A stretch of 62,426 bases of DNA, counting the filler, from Sphacelaria rigidula (lineage: Eukaryota): NCBI GenBank assembly GCA_964200075.2. It is 9 parts of 9 records of this genome, joined end to end, with 100 filler letters (N's around TTAATTAATTAA, not from the genome) between each part and the next. Parts side by side here need not be neighbours in the genome. Positions count along the whole stretch, not along the records: positions 6,949 to 13,796 come from CAXNAA020017779.1; positions 13,897 to 20,744 come from CAXNAA020017780.1; positions 20,845 to 27,692 come from CAXNAA020017781.1; 6 more parts are not named here. One strand, written 5' to 3'. Within the stretch, counting starts at the first letter, position 1; each line of letters starts with the position of its first letter. The notes beneath the pieces were generated by a model. The model saw nothing but the letters and a program-made list of their open reading frames with translations. It was not told where the DNA came from and made no database searches. This document shows, piece after piece, positions 13,101 to 25,145 of the stretch. The position numbers and the translations under genes are program-made.

Positions 13101-13464
13101 CGCGCAATAATTTACTTGACCAACACCACCATCACCATCACCACCATCATCACCACCGACAATAACAACAACAATAACAATAATAACAGAGAATTTGCAG
13201 ATGGCGACAAAAAACAAAGTCAACGTACATCAACAAATACAAGAAAAACAGACGCATAATTCATACCTTGGAGGGGATATCAAGACGTCAGGAGCCTTGG
13301 GGTATCCCTTCCCCGGGGCCCTTAGCACCACCCTGAACACGCTCCCCGAACGTTTCAATGTCGCTGTTGCTCTCGCTACGTCGTTCAGAAAGGGCGGAGA
13401 CTCGATCTTCACCGTGGGCACCTGCCCTGCCTGGTAACCCCGCCCACCATCCACGACCTTGTAG
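10137..13464 (-). CDS. Internal exons (13464-13267, 10233-10137) of a protein with ~40-aa G-x-G-Y beta-strand repeats
   Basis: CAG/GT-bounded exons join in phase 2: YKVVDGGRGYQAGQVPTVKIESPP..ARATATLKRSGSVFRVVLRAPGKGYPKAPDVLISPPR/NPNGTSATAVAAMKGGKVVGIVVTNPGSGYAD. Confidence 0.8.
10822..11063. mobile_element. Small MITE-like element (ctattgcccga...tcgggcaataag ends) carrying telomere-like AACCCT repeats
   Basis: Short inverted termini; aaccctaacccc at ~11018-11029. Confidence 0.45.
11915..12260 (+). repeat. Dispersed repeat family built on the acagaact..tcgggtac motif; related copies at 30998-31574, 32290-32670, 33458-33575
   Basis: Repeated ttacagaactgtcgggta units; source of the spurious TELSG-containing ORFs. 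Confidence 0.75.
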
Positions 13465-14344
13465 CTGTAGGTGGGTACCCGCCCAACACATTGAACGCGG
13501 GAGAGCGGGGGACGGGGGGCGGGGGGTCGGAGGAGTACGGATACATTGATACAAAAATAAGTAGCCCTAAAAAACTAAAATAACAAGCGGCATTGAGATA
13601 ACATTGCGGTATGTGTGCATAGGGACGACAACCTGACCTGACCTCTGGAAAATGACTGATGACAAGAACACAATCGACTTTGATGAAAGGAGCGGAGGGC
13701 AGGGGGCGGGGGTGTACTCATGATCATGCATGCCATAGTTACATACTTCCTCTGTCTCATAAGTCTGTATCGTTATGTTTCTACGAGCCCTTAACGNNNN
13801 NNNNNNNNNNNNNNNNNNNNNNNNNNNNNNNNNNNNNNNNTTAATTAATTAANNNNNNNNNNNNNNNNNNNNNNNNNNNNNNNNNNNNNNNNNNNNGTTG
13901 GTACGATTCGAATCAATTATACTAAAACCAAGTAATTTCCAGACGAATCATTGATTTGTCCGACCCTTGAAAGGTTTGGCAGGACTTCCCGTCAACGGAA
14001 CTGGCATTCCCGTTCAAACTGATGGGAACCTGAGCACATCTCTTACCTGTATAGGATGTTGGAATGTTTGGTTTTGTTATTTTCAAACTTCAGTACCTCC
14101 CACAGCCTGTTCTTGACTCGTATTTAACATGAAAGCCCGCATGAAAGGGTTGATGGTCATACTTATCGTAGCTACGGCTTGTGAAGGTGCTTTGGGACGG
14201 GATGGGACCGTATCCCGTCGTACTCATGAGTCGGTCCAGCTGCAGCTGCTGTTATTGGGTGTTGTGCCTCAACGCTGGCGACTTCTCCCTCATAAACAAA
14301 ATAGTGGGGGTCATCATGCTTGTTCGGGGGCGTTACGCACTTCT

Positions 14345-14760
14345 ACCAACACTACCGCCACTGACCACAGCGACGGCGGCATGATGACCGAGATGGCCGA
14401 GCATATATCCAAGCAAGACGCGCCCCCGTTGACGGCTGGTACGATGACGACTACCGCCGCTGACAATATCGAGGGCAAGATGGAGGGGGAAAGGACAACG
14501 GCGCTGATGACCTTGAGGCCGTATCTTAATATTGCGAAGGCTGTGCCGGCCCTCGAAAGCATGGTCCGGCGCAGCCTTCGCAATCTTGAGGTACGGCCTC
14601 AAGATCATTAGCGCCGTCGTCATTTCCCCCTCCAACTTGCTCTCAGGGGCGGTAGTCGTCGTTGTACCAACTGTCGACGGGGGCGCGTTTTGCTTGGAAA
14701 CATGCTCGTCCATCTTGGTCACCCCGCCGCCGTGGCTGTTGTTAGCGGCGGTAGTGGTCG
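14345..14760 (+). ncRNA. Long imperfect hairpin (~200-bp arms, ~16-nt loop); candidate miRNA/hairpin-RNA precursor or foldback
   Basis: 14345-14549 pairs with 14566-14760 around gccgg-ccctcgaaagcatggt-ccggc. The inverted repeat is certain; RNA function is inferred. Confidence 0.45.
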
Positions 14761-14796
14761 TCGTATTACGGGGGAGTATTATTGGAAGGAGCCGTT

Positions 14797-15550
14797 GCAT
14801 GATTGATTGATTGATGGATTGATTGTCGCACTTTAACTGATCCCCCAGGGGTCATGATCCAGCCGTGGTCACATGATAGACGTACGTACCCAAGACGAAA
14901 CACAACTGAAACACTCGCTGAAGAAAAAGAAGAAATACGAAAAAAGTAGAACAGAACGATATAGTAAACTAAGACCTAGGAAAGAAAAGAAGAGAGCAGC
15001 AAAGAAAAAAGTGTCCGGTCTCTGCCACATGGCTTCGGCGTGACAAGTCCTGCGCAGAACCACACTCATACCCATTCATTGGAAACAAAAGGCCAAAAAA
15101 GAAGCGGGGTGCCACACCGCTCTGCCATACACCGGCAGGGAAGAACACATACATATCGAGAAAGATGGAAAAGAGAGGGGGGGGGGGTGAATAGAGAGCA
15201 GTGAAGAATTTAAGGCAGCGGAGTAGATACAGACACACACCAGGGGACACTGCAGAGCCACAGACTAAGGATACATTCAACCACCGATATGAGCAGACAG
15301 GATTTTTCCATTGGGGGACTTCGACGCAACAACCTCTCGTTTGTGACGGCGGTCCGATTCTCGTTTGTCCGCGCGTCGCCACGTGTCCTCAAACCCTTCC
15401 GCTCCCTTTTTGACTCCAGTATGCCACTTGACCATGTTCTTCGCCGCAGTGATCCAATCGTAGGCATCGTTAACCTCTACACCGTATACGAACCATTTCC
15501 GTCGTGCTCCTTTGTGCGGAACAGCCCCTAGTGCACGTAGGTTGTACTCC
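14797..15550 (-). mobile_element. 3' end of a 5'-truncated RTE-like LINE with (CAAT)n tail
   Basis: Minus-strand remnant ...DWITAAKNMVKWHTGVKKGAEGFEDTWRRAD, a pyrimidine-rich 3' UTR, terminus ...gaccacggctgga...cagttaaagtgcgacaatc and caat repeats. Related termini at ~11840, 57915-57994 and 59140-59210. Confidence 0.65.
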
Positions 15551-15793
15551 GCGAGCTCTTGCGCGGGATGGCGCGAGCAGGAAAACGTGATCACTGTGCT
15601 CAGCAGCGCAAGCGGTTCACAAATTCCACGGCCAAGTCATCCGGTATGCCGTCACCTGGCTGACGGACGCAGCTAGGCGGGCCGTCCCCTATGCCGCCTC
15701 ATGGGCTTACTTCATCTGAGGCTGCATGCCGAGGCCCTTTTACCGTTTGGGAAGTTCGTCAGAGAAGCGTGCCGAAGGTACGTGTCGTTTGTT

Positions 15794-17156
15794 CATTGCA
15801 CAGGCACCGTAGGTGAGGTAGGTACCCGGTACCGGTATTTGGGACATGTCATACCCTACCGATACCGGTCCAATCGGGAACCTTCAAAATTCATACCTAC
15901 GATACCTACGATACCACGGTATTCCGAAATTTCAACACCTACCGTACCCGCTCACTTGGGTATTTTTAGAACTCATACCTATGATACCCACGATACCACG
16001 GTATGGGATACCCCGGGAAGTACCGAGGGTATACCCGGTAAATACCGGACGCGATGCACTCCCGACGGTGCAGCAGCTGGTCCCAACTAACTGAATGGTC
16101 AGAAGTTGTCGGACCCGGTACGTCTTGTTTTCACAATATATACCCAGATTACCCCTGATTTTCGTGTTTGGATCAATTCGAATGAATTTATCCTCATGTA
16201 GTCTGATGTTCTTGGTAAACGGATATAAATATGATACCATCGTTACGGTGCTTAACATTGTTTCAGTTTTAATGTCGAAGATAAGCATCATACACAATGA
16301 CATTCCAGGTGCAAACGAGCAGTGAGAAGACACTTTCTACGATAGCCCCCCGCAAAAAACCAGCTACAAGTGTCACGAAAAACATGGCCATACAGCGCCT
16401 GATGATCGGGTTCAGGCTGCATGAAGCGACTCATATTGGCGACATTGGTTAGAACGAACCCAAGCGTGGGAAGTCCCAGCTTCTCGTTGTGCTCGGCTTT
16501 TCCCATTTCGATTTACGTGAAGATCTTGCCTCCCAAAACCATGCACTTTTGGGGGAGGGAGCTATCGTAGAAAGTGTCAGAAGAAGAACGAAAATGAGGA
16601 GAAACACCAGCAAAAAGTGAGGCGCCGCAAGAGGCATACAAAATAGACAACAAGGTGCTAGAATAAGAACTAAATAACCTTGCACGGGGAACCGAAACGG
16701 TACTGCCGGATGACAGCTTTGGAATTGGTATAGAGGGTAGGGCAGGTACCCGGTACCGGTATTTGGAACATATCATACCCTACTGATCCGACCCAATCGG
16801 TTATTTTCGAATGTCATAACCTAGTTTACCCACGAAACCCCGGTATTCCGAGATACTAGTACCTACCATACCCGCCCAATCGGGTATTTTCAAATGCCGT
16901 TCCTACGGTACCTACGATACCACGGTATTTCGAGATACCAGTACCTGCCGTACTCGCTCAATCAATTATTTTCAAAATTCATACCCACCATACTCACGCA
17001 TACCACGGTGATTCGAAATTTCAATACCTACCGTACCCGCTCAAGCAGGTATTCTCAAAATCATACCTACGATACCCACGCATACCACGGTATGGGATAC
17101 CTGGTAAATACCGGAGGTACGCTCGGCACGGTACCTCATCTACGGTTCCCGCAATG
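15794..17156. mobile_element. TIR-bounded composite element with two GGTACCCGGTACCGGTATTT/ATACC arrays flanking a ~680-bp unique core
   Basis: cattgc..ggcaccgtaggtgaggta (15794-15820) vs tacctcatctacggttcccgcaatg (17132-17156); related arrays at 15820-16050 and 16740-17130. Confidence 0.55.
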
Positions 17157-20100
17157 CATCGTTGTTTTGTGTTTTACTGTGATTTATTTTTTATTTTCAG
17201 CTTTGGGTGGATGTCGTTCATGCATCTTGGAGTGCGTTGTTTGAGCGTCCTTTTTCATTGTTTTTCCTCTCGATATATATTTCGCAGTCGTTTCGGATTG
17301 TGTGCCATTCTGCTCTATCCTGTCTTCGCCCTTCCCGTTTAATATTTTTCATGAAGCACAAATGACCCGATGATCGCGATTGTCGGGCGGCACTCGTCCC
17401 GACCATTTTTTTGACGGCGCTCGTTTCGAATCCAGCGAAGACGAAAAATCCTCAACGTTTTCTCTCCTTCATGAATCTTCCAACTCCTACACTTGACAGC
17501 AACATACACATCAACTTTGGTGCTTGGATATTGCTTGCACTCACTGTGCATGACATTTTTTGCTAATCCTTTTACCTGTCTTCAAATCGCAGCAGGACAC
17601 CTCCCGTTCCAGACGTGCTTCGGAAAGTGGTTCTGGCTCATCCATCCGCATGACCGTCAGGTCATTATCCTTCTCTTTGACATAGAACAGCTATAGCTTT
17701 AGATCGGGGGTCGACAAAGAGGGGGTAAGGTTAAGGCTTCCGCGAGAACAAGAGAGACCGTCCACAGGGAGGCAGGATTCAGCCGATCAGATCCTCTGGC
17801 ATCGAAGAGCAGCGATCGTTCAGGTTTCGGAAAGGAGAGGATATTTTTTCCCAACGGGGCTTGAGATTTTTCTCGTGGGGGGGACGTAGTTTTCCTCGCC
17901 CACAGGCCACTCGAGAAGAGGAGGTCAACGACGAAACTCGAGGCGGCGTAAAGCCGGAAGGTGTGTCTTGCCCGCGTTGGGTGTGGTGATGACGTTCTTT
18001 GTGGTGATGGGGTCAACGGACTCCAGCACATCCGTAACATATATTGCGATGATCGCTGCTCTTGTCCTTGGTTGTTGCTGCTGCTTTCGTTACTGCTGGC
18101 TCCCAACAGTGCCTCGCCCGTCGATTCACTCTGCCAGAAACAAGAGCAACGTCTTGGACTAATCGATGTTGCTATAATAGCTTGATTTTCATCCCCTGCT
18201 TTTGTTGCGCGACACAGGCTGAGGCCGAGGAAGGCATAAAACGCTTCGAGAAGTCATTGCTGAGTGTGCCAATCCCAACGTGAGGAGCTCAAGAGCCGGT
18301 ACGTCATTTTCACATGCTGTATGGGTGCGGTGTGGTCGATCCTTTTTTTCACATAAATTGGCGGAGCTCGTCCTCGAAGGCCGCAACCTGCCATTGGCAG
18401 ATGAAAGTGGCTCGCTGCCCCCCGGAACACCCTTCAACAAACAAATCGAACATAAATGTGTCGACGGTAACATGCTGGAAACTACCATCCTCGCTCCCGA
18501 ACATCGCCCGTGTTATCCCACTAGAGCCTTCCGACGGAGCGTCACCGCCCGTTGCTCTCCGCTAACGAATTACGGTGCTGTCCGTATTCTTCGACCATCG
18601 GCGGCACGCACGCCCCCATTCCCCCAATCTCCCCTACCCCCAGAGGTACCAGTGCGGGCGGTGTCTTGCGTGGGTGGGTGTTTTATATACGTATTCCCAT
18701 TAGTACCCTCTCAAGAAGCGCCGCGATGCCCGAGTTTCATTTTCCATCTCCCACGGCTCGTCGGGATCATTAACGATCGCGTCCTCTCTCTCTGTCCAGT
18801 TCAGTGTAGTCTGCATTGGTGTTGCCTAGGCGAACGACGACTGCTGTGATGATTCAGATGCACCCAAACTGTGATATTATGTGGGACATGGTTGCTAATC
18901 ACAGTCAGCAGCATTCTCGACTCTCCCGATTTGCTTTTGGGGGCCCGGAAGGTGCTCGGGGTGGAGGCATCTACGCCGCTTGTACTTTTTCCACGAAGAG
19001 AAGTAAATTTTTCCGTAGTGAGGGTCGCTCGTGTCGTGTTTGAACGAGAGAAAAAACGAAATGTCCTGTCTCGAAAACCACGACGCGGAAAACGTGTGAG
19101 CAAACAAAAGACAACTCGGATGTCGACGTCGAAGAATGGGCGGGTCTAATACACACAACACATGTATATATATATATTATATATGTACACACTCCCATTT
19201 GCATTGGTCTTGCGACACTTCTGTCGGGGGTCGTGGGATAACGGTGCTGACTCCTTGGCGGCATTGTTTTTTAGAAAATGCTACGCCACAAGCTGTCCTG
19301 ACCTGTGACGGTTTTCTCATGTTGTGCGGTGGGTAGGAATGGGACGAAGGAAACGCAATATATCGGTGGAGCCGGCATTTGACAATGCCTCGTCTCTCAG
19401 AAGATGTGCTTTACCCGTGGATATTAATTTACGATCATAGATTGTCTTGTCATTATGTTTGGGAGGAGGCATGGGGGGAGAGCGATGGTTCTGTGCGAGC
19501 CATCTAAGCGCTGTGTCCACCTCTTTGCATGCGTGGGTGACGTCAACAGTTGACGTGCGGCAGACGCGAATGGGACACAATCATGCAGGGGTTATTGCGT
19601 TTATTCAGGTTTAGTTTCCGTAGGATGAGATGGCGGGGTCGTTCGATTTCGAAGTTACCATCACGGGGTGGTGCTAAAGTTTGAATTCAATCTTTCTGTG
19701 CATAGCATGACGTCCTGCAGGGACCTCGGCTTCGAAGTACGCCGATACAAAGTGAAGCTGTGATTTTCTATTGCGTGCTTCTCTTGCAGTACATAGTGTA
19801 CCTTTCAGAGAAGATACGGAACATGAGGACCGGGGCAGGGGCAAGGGGGCAGTATATTTGAGCGTTGAGGGTGGGGGGCGGGGATAGGAGGCGGTGCCAC
19901 CTTCGGTGGAGAATCGTATGTATACGGCGTTGTGTTTGAAGTGAAGGGTAGTTGAGCAATTCGACGACGATTTTTGTTTTATATGGGAAGCGCTAATTCT
20001 GCGGGACAGGTTCCTCGCGTTTAATGTTTGTTACGAGTTTGTGCTATCCTTGGATTTGTAATGGCAGTGCTGTGATGTCGAGAGGCAACTCGAACACGTC

Positions 20101-21680
20101 CTTTCTCGCGATTGTGACGAGCGTGGATTCGTATTGTAGTGCTCCCGCGTCGCGAGGCAACTGCGGCGTGGTTTGATGGGAGTTTGTGCCTGACTTGAAT
20201 GTGTACGGTAGTGCGGTGGTATCAAGAGGCGCCCCCCAATAGTTCGTCCCGAGTTTGTGCCGGGCGTGGATTTGTAGTGTTGTGCTGTGGGGTCGCGAAG
20301 TGACTTCAACCCGATTTTTCGCGAACTCAGAGTGCTGTGATGTCGAGAGGTGACTCCAGCGATTTTTCTTCGAGTTTGGGCGAGACTGGGACGTGTTCTA
20401 GTGCTGTGGGATCGAGAGGTAAATCCAACGAGATTTTTCGCGGGTTTATCCCTTGTTCTTACCGACTCCTCTTGGTCTATCTCGAGCAGCACTCACGTCC
20501 CAACGGTGGCCTGTCTCCGTACTACACAAGTTCAACAGCAACTTGGTGCTGCGCGTGCTTGTGTCAGCGTGCAGGATTTCGTGGTCGCCATCACAGGGGG
20601 AGGGGGGCGCCGCAACCCTCCCCAGCACACCACCCACCTCCCGACAAAGCAAACACATTTTGGTGTTTGTAGGGGGGGGTGTACTCATGATCATGCATGC
20701 CATAGCCGTAAGACCATTGACCTCGCATCCCTACAAAGCCGGGANNNNNNNNNNNNNNNNNNNNNNNNNNNNNNNNNNNNNNNNNNNNTTAATTAATTAA
20801 NNNNNNNNNNNNNNNNNNNNNNNNNNNNNNNNNNNNNNNNNNNNGTCACCTGCCAAGAGGAGTACAACGGTCTCCACGACTACCATATTCCTTAACAATA
20901 TCCACACGTGGCGTGTACAATATATGCCTTAAGATGTAGTACGTGAGCACAGGCAAGTCCTATATCTCGAGCCTTCACGATATTGTAACTACGTTGGGAC
21001 AAGCACTTGAAACATGCTGCTGTACCTTTTGGAAAAGGAAACCGATTACGTTTAATATATTGTCCACAAGTTGGGCAGAGGAGTGCTCAACGGATTCATT
21101 GTTCTATTTGTGCATTCGATTTGCTGACTCGCAAGTACCACAGTCGGCGGCGGCCTGCTACCGACAGAACCGTGCGTGCACTCTCTTCTCTTCCTCCTTT
21201 CCTTCACCCGTAGTCGGAAAAAGCCACAGCAAAGAGCTTGTTAACAACCACATATCTCACAACTTGTCCCCAGCAAGCTCCAGGTCCCTCGAGGAAACAT
21301 CAAAATGTATCGAGGTGCGGATGTTGTTGCGTGTAATGTTTTGCCTGCCGCGAGTGTATATTTCGAGACGAGGGGGGGCGATTCGGCTACAGTGCAGAAG
21401 AGAGAACGAAGGGTGTGTTTGATTCTCTCGCTAGACCCTCTTTGATGGATAAATATCCGTCGACGATGGGGACACAGTTCCGTGGCCAGCAAGTATAGCG
21501 ATGCTATAAACTTTACGAGATCCCTGTGTTCAAGTACCAACACAACAAGAACACTGAGTGGATGTACAAAAACGATCGTTTCGTGTCTGCGGTGCAGGTG
21601 GGACACAAGACAAACCACGTGCCACTCGCCCCACGCGACGGAAAGGCGGCGAGACAAGAGGTTTCACACACGTGGACAAA

Positions 21681-22980
21681 TAGCACCCTGTAGGACGAGC
21701 TGCGCAGGGTTCTCCACAGTCTTTGTGAAAACACCTGTGCAGCATTTTCAAACCCTAGTACCTGTAATTGCATTTTGCATAGCGTTTCTGTCGAAACCCT
21801 GCAAGCAACCCTGTGGAGAGGCCTTTCCAATTTCGAAAATTCCAAATTATTTTGGTATATAATCTGTACATTTATCTTTTTTTGAATAGCTTCTCCTGCT
21901 GTCCAAGATAAGTTCTCTTTTTGCCCGATTCAAATCGGGCAAGAATGAATTTATCTCGGACAGCAGGAGGGGAAGCTACTCAAAATGGATCCTTTTTTTG
22001 CCCATTTTATTTAGGCAAAAAAAGGATCTATATCGATTAGCAGAAGAACCTATTCGAAATAGATCCTTTTTTCGCCCATTTAAATTGGGGGAAAAGGGAT
22101 TTATTTTGAACAGCTTATTCTGCTGCGCAAATCCCATGCACACTGGCAGATTTTGAATTAGAACAGCAGAAGAAGCTCAAAATAAATCTTCACTTTGCCC
22201 TCCAATTTCATTCGGAAATGGGGGGAAAAACGATTTATTGCAAGGAGCGTCAGCTGTACATGTCCTGCATACGGCACCGTTACCAGCGAATGGGATCATA
22301 CACGCAACAAAAGTTGTTGAAAGCAACTCATCCTACAGCCCCAGAGGATGAATATTTCTCAACAGATTTCGCTGAGTAGAGATCCCACAAATTGGTTACG
22401 TGCGTATGTCCACACCTGTGCTTAGAGCACAAACTTGGCGTGATAGGATGCCTGCTGGACGGTGTATACCTCGCATATCAATCCACATTGCTTTTAAAAA
22501 CCCCGTGGTGCGCAGTCTACCAAAATCACTCAGCCGAGTGTACTTTTGTTCGGAGAGATTTTTGCTTGATAGTTATTAGAAGCACAAAGTATTGCGCGCG
22601 ATTCAACAAGCCAGGTAGCTCAATGTGCACACTGACGTTCTCCAGTGGACAAAATCGTGAGCTCCAATCCCACTACTGTGATTTCTTTACCGTTTTTTTC
22701 TGCCAGTACCATAACCATGTTGTATGGGGTACGTTGTGTGTGCGCTGTGAAGGCTGTGCAGCATATTAACAGCGATGAATTGTATTGACGAAACCCTGTG
22801 AAGCGCCCTATGTGGCACAAAATAATAACCTACAGCCAAATCCCCGCGAGAAACCCTGCACAATATCCCTGAAACCCTGTGAAGCGTCCTGTGGGGCGCA
22901 AAAAACAACTACAGCCAGATCCCCGCGAGAAACACTACACAGTTTCCCAGAACCCTGTAGACGTGCCCCACAGGGTGCTA
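21681..22980. mobile_element. Non-autonomous TIR element (TAGCACCCTGT...ACAGGGTGCTA) with subterminal aaaccctg repeats
   Basis: 11-bp perfect inverted termini including TA; internal repeated and inverted motifs at 21880-22230 and 22790-22960. Confidence 0.65.
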
Positions 22981-25145
22981 CTTGTCCAAGTGTGCAAGTA
23001 GACTGTCGAATAAATGTTGGAATTCGCGTGACGTCGTTCCGTATTCTGTCCCCGGGCCAATGGCCAAAACGACAAAAACCCCATGCGCTCCTTGGAAGCG
23101 GGCATGGATCGATGCGGCCAACGGCATGCTTCTAGTGTCCAATTGGTTTCGTACGCAGCGAACGAACTCGGAGATGGGACGCTACAGGCATCTGTGCAGA
23201 GGTGCGATGGAGGGTTTGACTCGGTGTAGTATCCATCCACGTTGTCGTGAAGAACGTCACCAACACGCACCGAAAGTCTACGTTTTCTCCAGTCAATCCT
23301 CAGCCAACAAAGCTGAATGAATCAGCATCCTATTTCGTCCGCGTTCAGTTCACTAGTCAACGGACACAGCGCAGCTAACCACGCATGACTCCCGGCAATT
23401 TGCGGCAAAAAATCCCCCCCTTGAGTTTCGTGCATTCGGGTCTCGGGTATTCAAGTAGTTGCACTTTGGATCAAGCATGGCGATATTGATTTGAAGTGAA
23501 GATATGGATAAAGTTGGAAGCATCACGTATCAGGAATGTGGCAGAACGGAATAAACTTCCACCACCCGCAGCGAAGAGCCAGCTCTCGGTGACACGCCAA
23601 TACAACAGCTCCAAAACCTCAGGGTCAATTTTTGCGGATGCTACCACCAACAACAGATGTTTCAGTCGGTAAAAAGAAATAATGCGTCACGATCTACTCG
23701 AAGAGTAAGTACTTCGACTGCCGTTGCTTGGACCCGTGTAGTCCTGGGCGTATCTATTTTTTTCCCGCTTGTGCGGATAGATGATGGGTAACGCAAAAGG
23801 TACACAACGCTCGTGCAAGTCCGTTTCATGAAGAAAAGGGAGTTGGACGCATCAGATTGCATACAGTTGTTCGCCGGCCATCGCAATTAGGCGTCAGCTC
23901 GACGAGTGCTCGGTCAACCATGCGTCTGCATGCTGTAAGTGCTGTAGAATCACAGCAAAAGGAGTGGTGGAGTATACAGCAATGCCACTGTACGCCGTGT
24001 GCGGTGTGTATGTCAGTGCGGGGAAAAGCACTTCCCTGCAGTAAAATGAAGCGTGTTGAGGAAATTTGCAATTGATCTGCCGTTTCAACGATACTTCCCA
24101 TCTTCTCAGGGCATGCGTACATGATCAAGAGATCAAACCGTCTCTGCCCCGGAACTACCCGCCCCACACGTTAAAGTCGAGCATTGGATGATGACTACTC
24201 GCTAGTAGTAACATTTGCATTTGCGCGTCAGAGGTCACGAATTTGACTTCTATAATCTGCCGTTGATAACGTTTGCTATTCGTTTCTGACGAAAAACAAG
24301 CAAATAATCGGATGAGATTTCTTGGAAGCATATCCCATCGACTGATCAACGAAGGACAACCGCTCCAACTGTCATGGGTGGAATAAGGAGCGCATGCCAA
24401 CTTAAAATTTGACACCGTTCTTCTCAGAACAGGGGTCACAAACTTACATTGCGAGCGTGTTCTTTCCTCATTTTCACGCGGGGTTTCACTTCGACTGCAC
24501 CACCGTACACGCGGAGTTGCCTAGTAAGCACACCTCACACAAGGGTTTCGAACGTGAAGCCCCACCGAAAGACGATTACACCTTATTATCCGAATAAATC
24601 ATCGAAGACGAATAATACATAAATTTTCGGTGTGGTTTGAGTCAGGCTGTAGCTGTGGCTGTGTTGCCGTGGTTCAGAGATCACACTCTGGATAAGCATT
24701 CTCCACTACAGCTGGTAACGGGACGGCAGACTAGTCAAGTATGAACTACATACCTTCTGTCATCAACACACTTGCGGTTGACGGATGGACAGGGTTAGTA
24801 ATGTCGAAATACATCACTAAAGCGAAGACTTCGATGAAGGTAAAAGCCGTCACCGTATCGGGCCGTCCAAAGAATGGTGGTCACTTTATTTTGAAACCAG
24901 GACAAGAATTATTCAAATATTGGAAATAAACACCTCATTACAACCACAGAAGCAACACGGACAACTGTAGTACTTTCTGGCGAAATCATGGGCATGGAGA
25001 CAGCCCTATCGGCAATAACACCTGCAACGGACGTCGCACCGACAGATGCAACTTTCTTGGCGACAGCGCCATGCCATCACAGCACGCAGAAAGCATCTCT
25101 ATCAAGTACATCGTGCGCTTGCTCTCTCGCTGGTTTTCTGCTCAC

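Noticed and set aside
17330..18560. Possible exons (e.g. 18218-18279) and a decayed LINE C-terminus
   Set aside because: Splice-like sites exist, but I could not build a consistent gene or recognise a domain.
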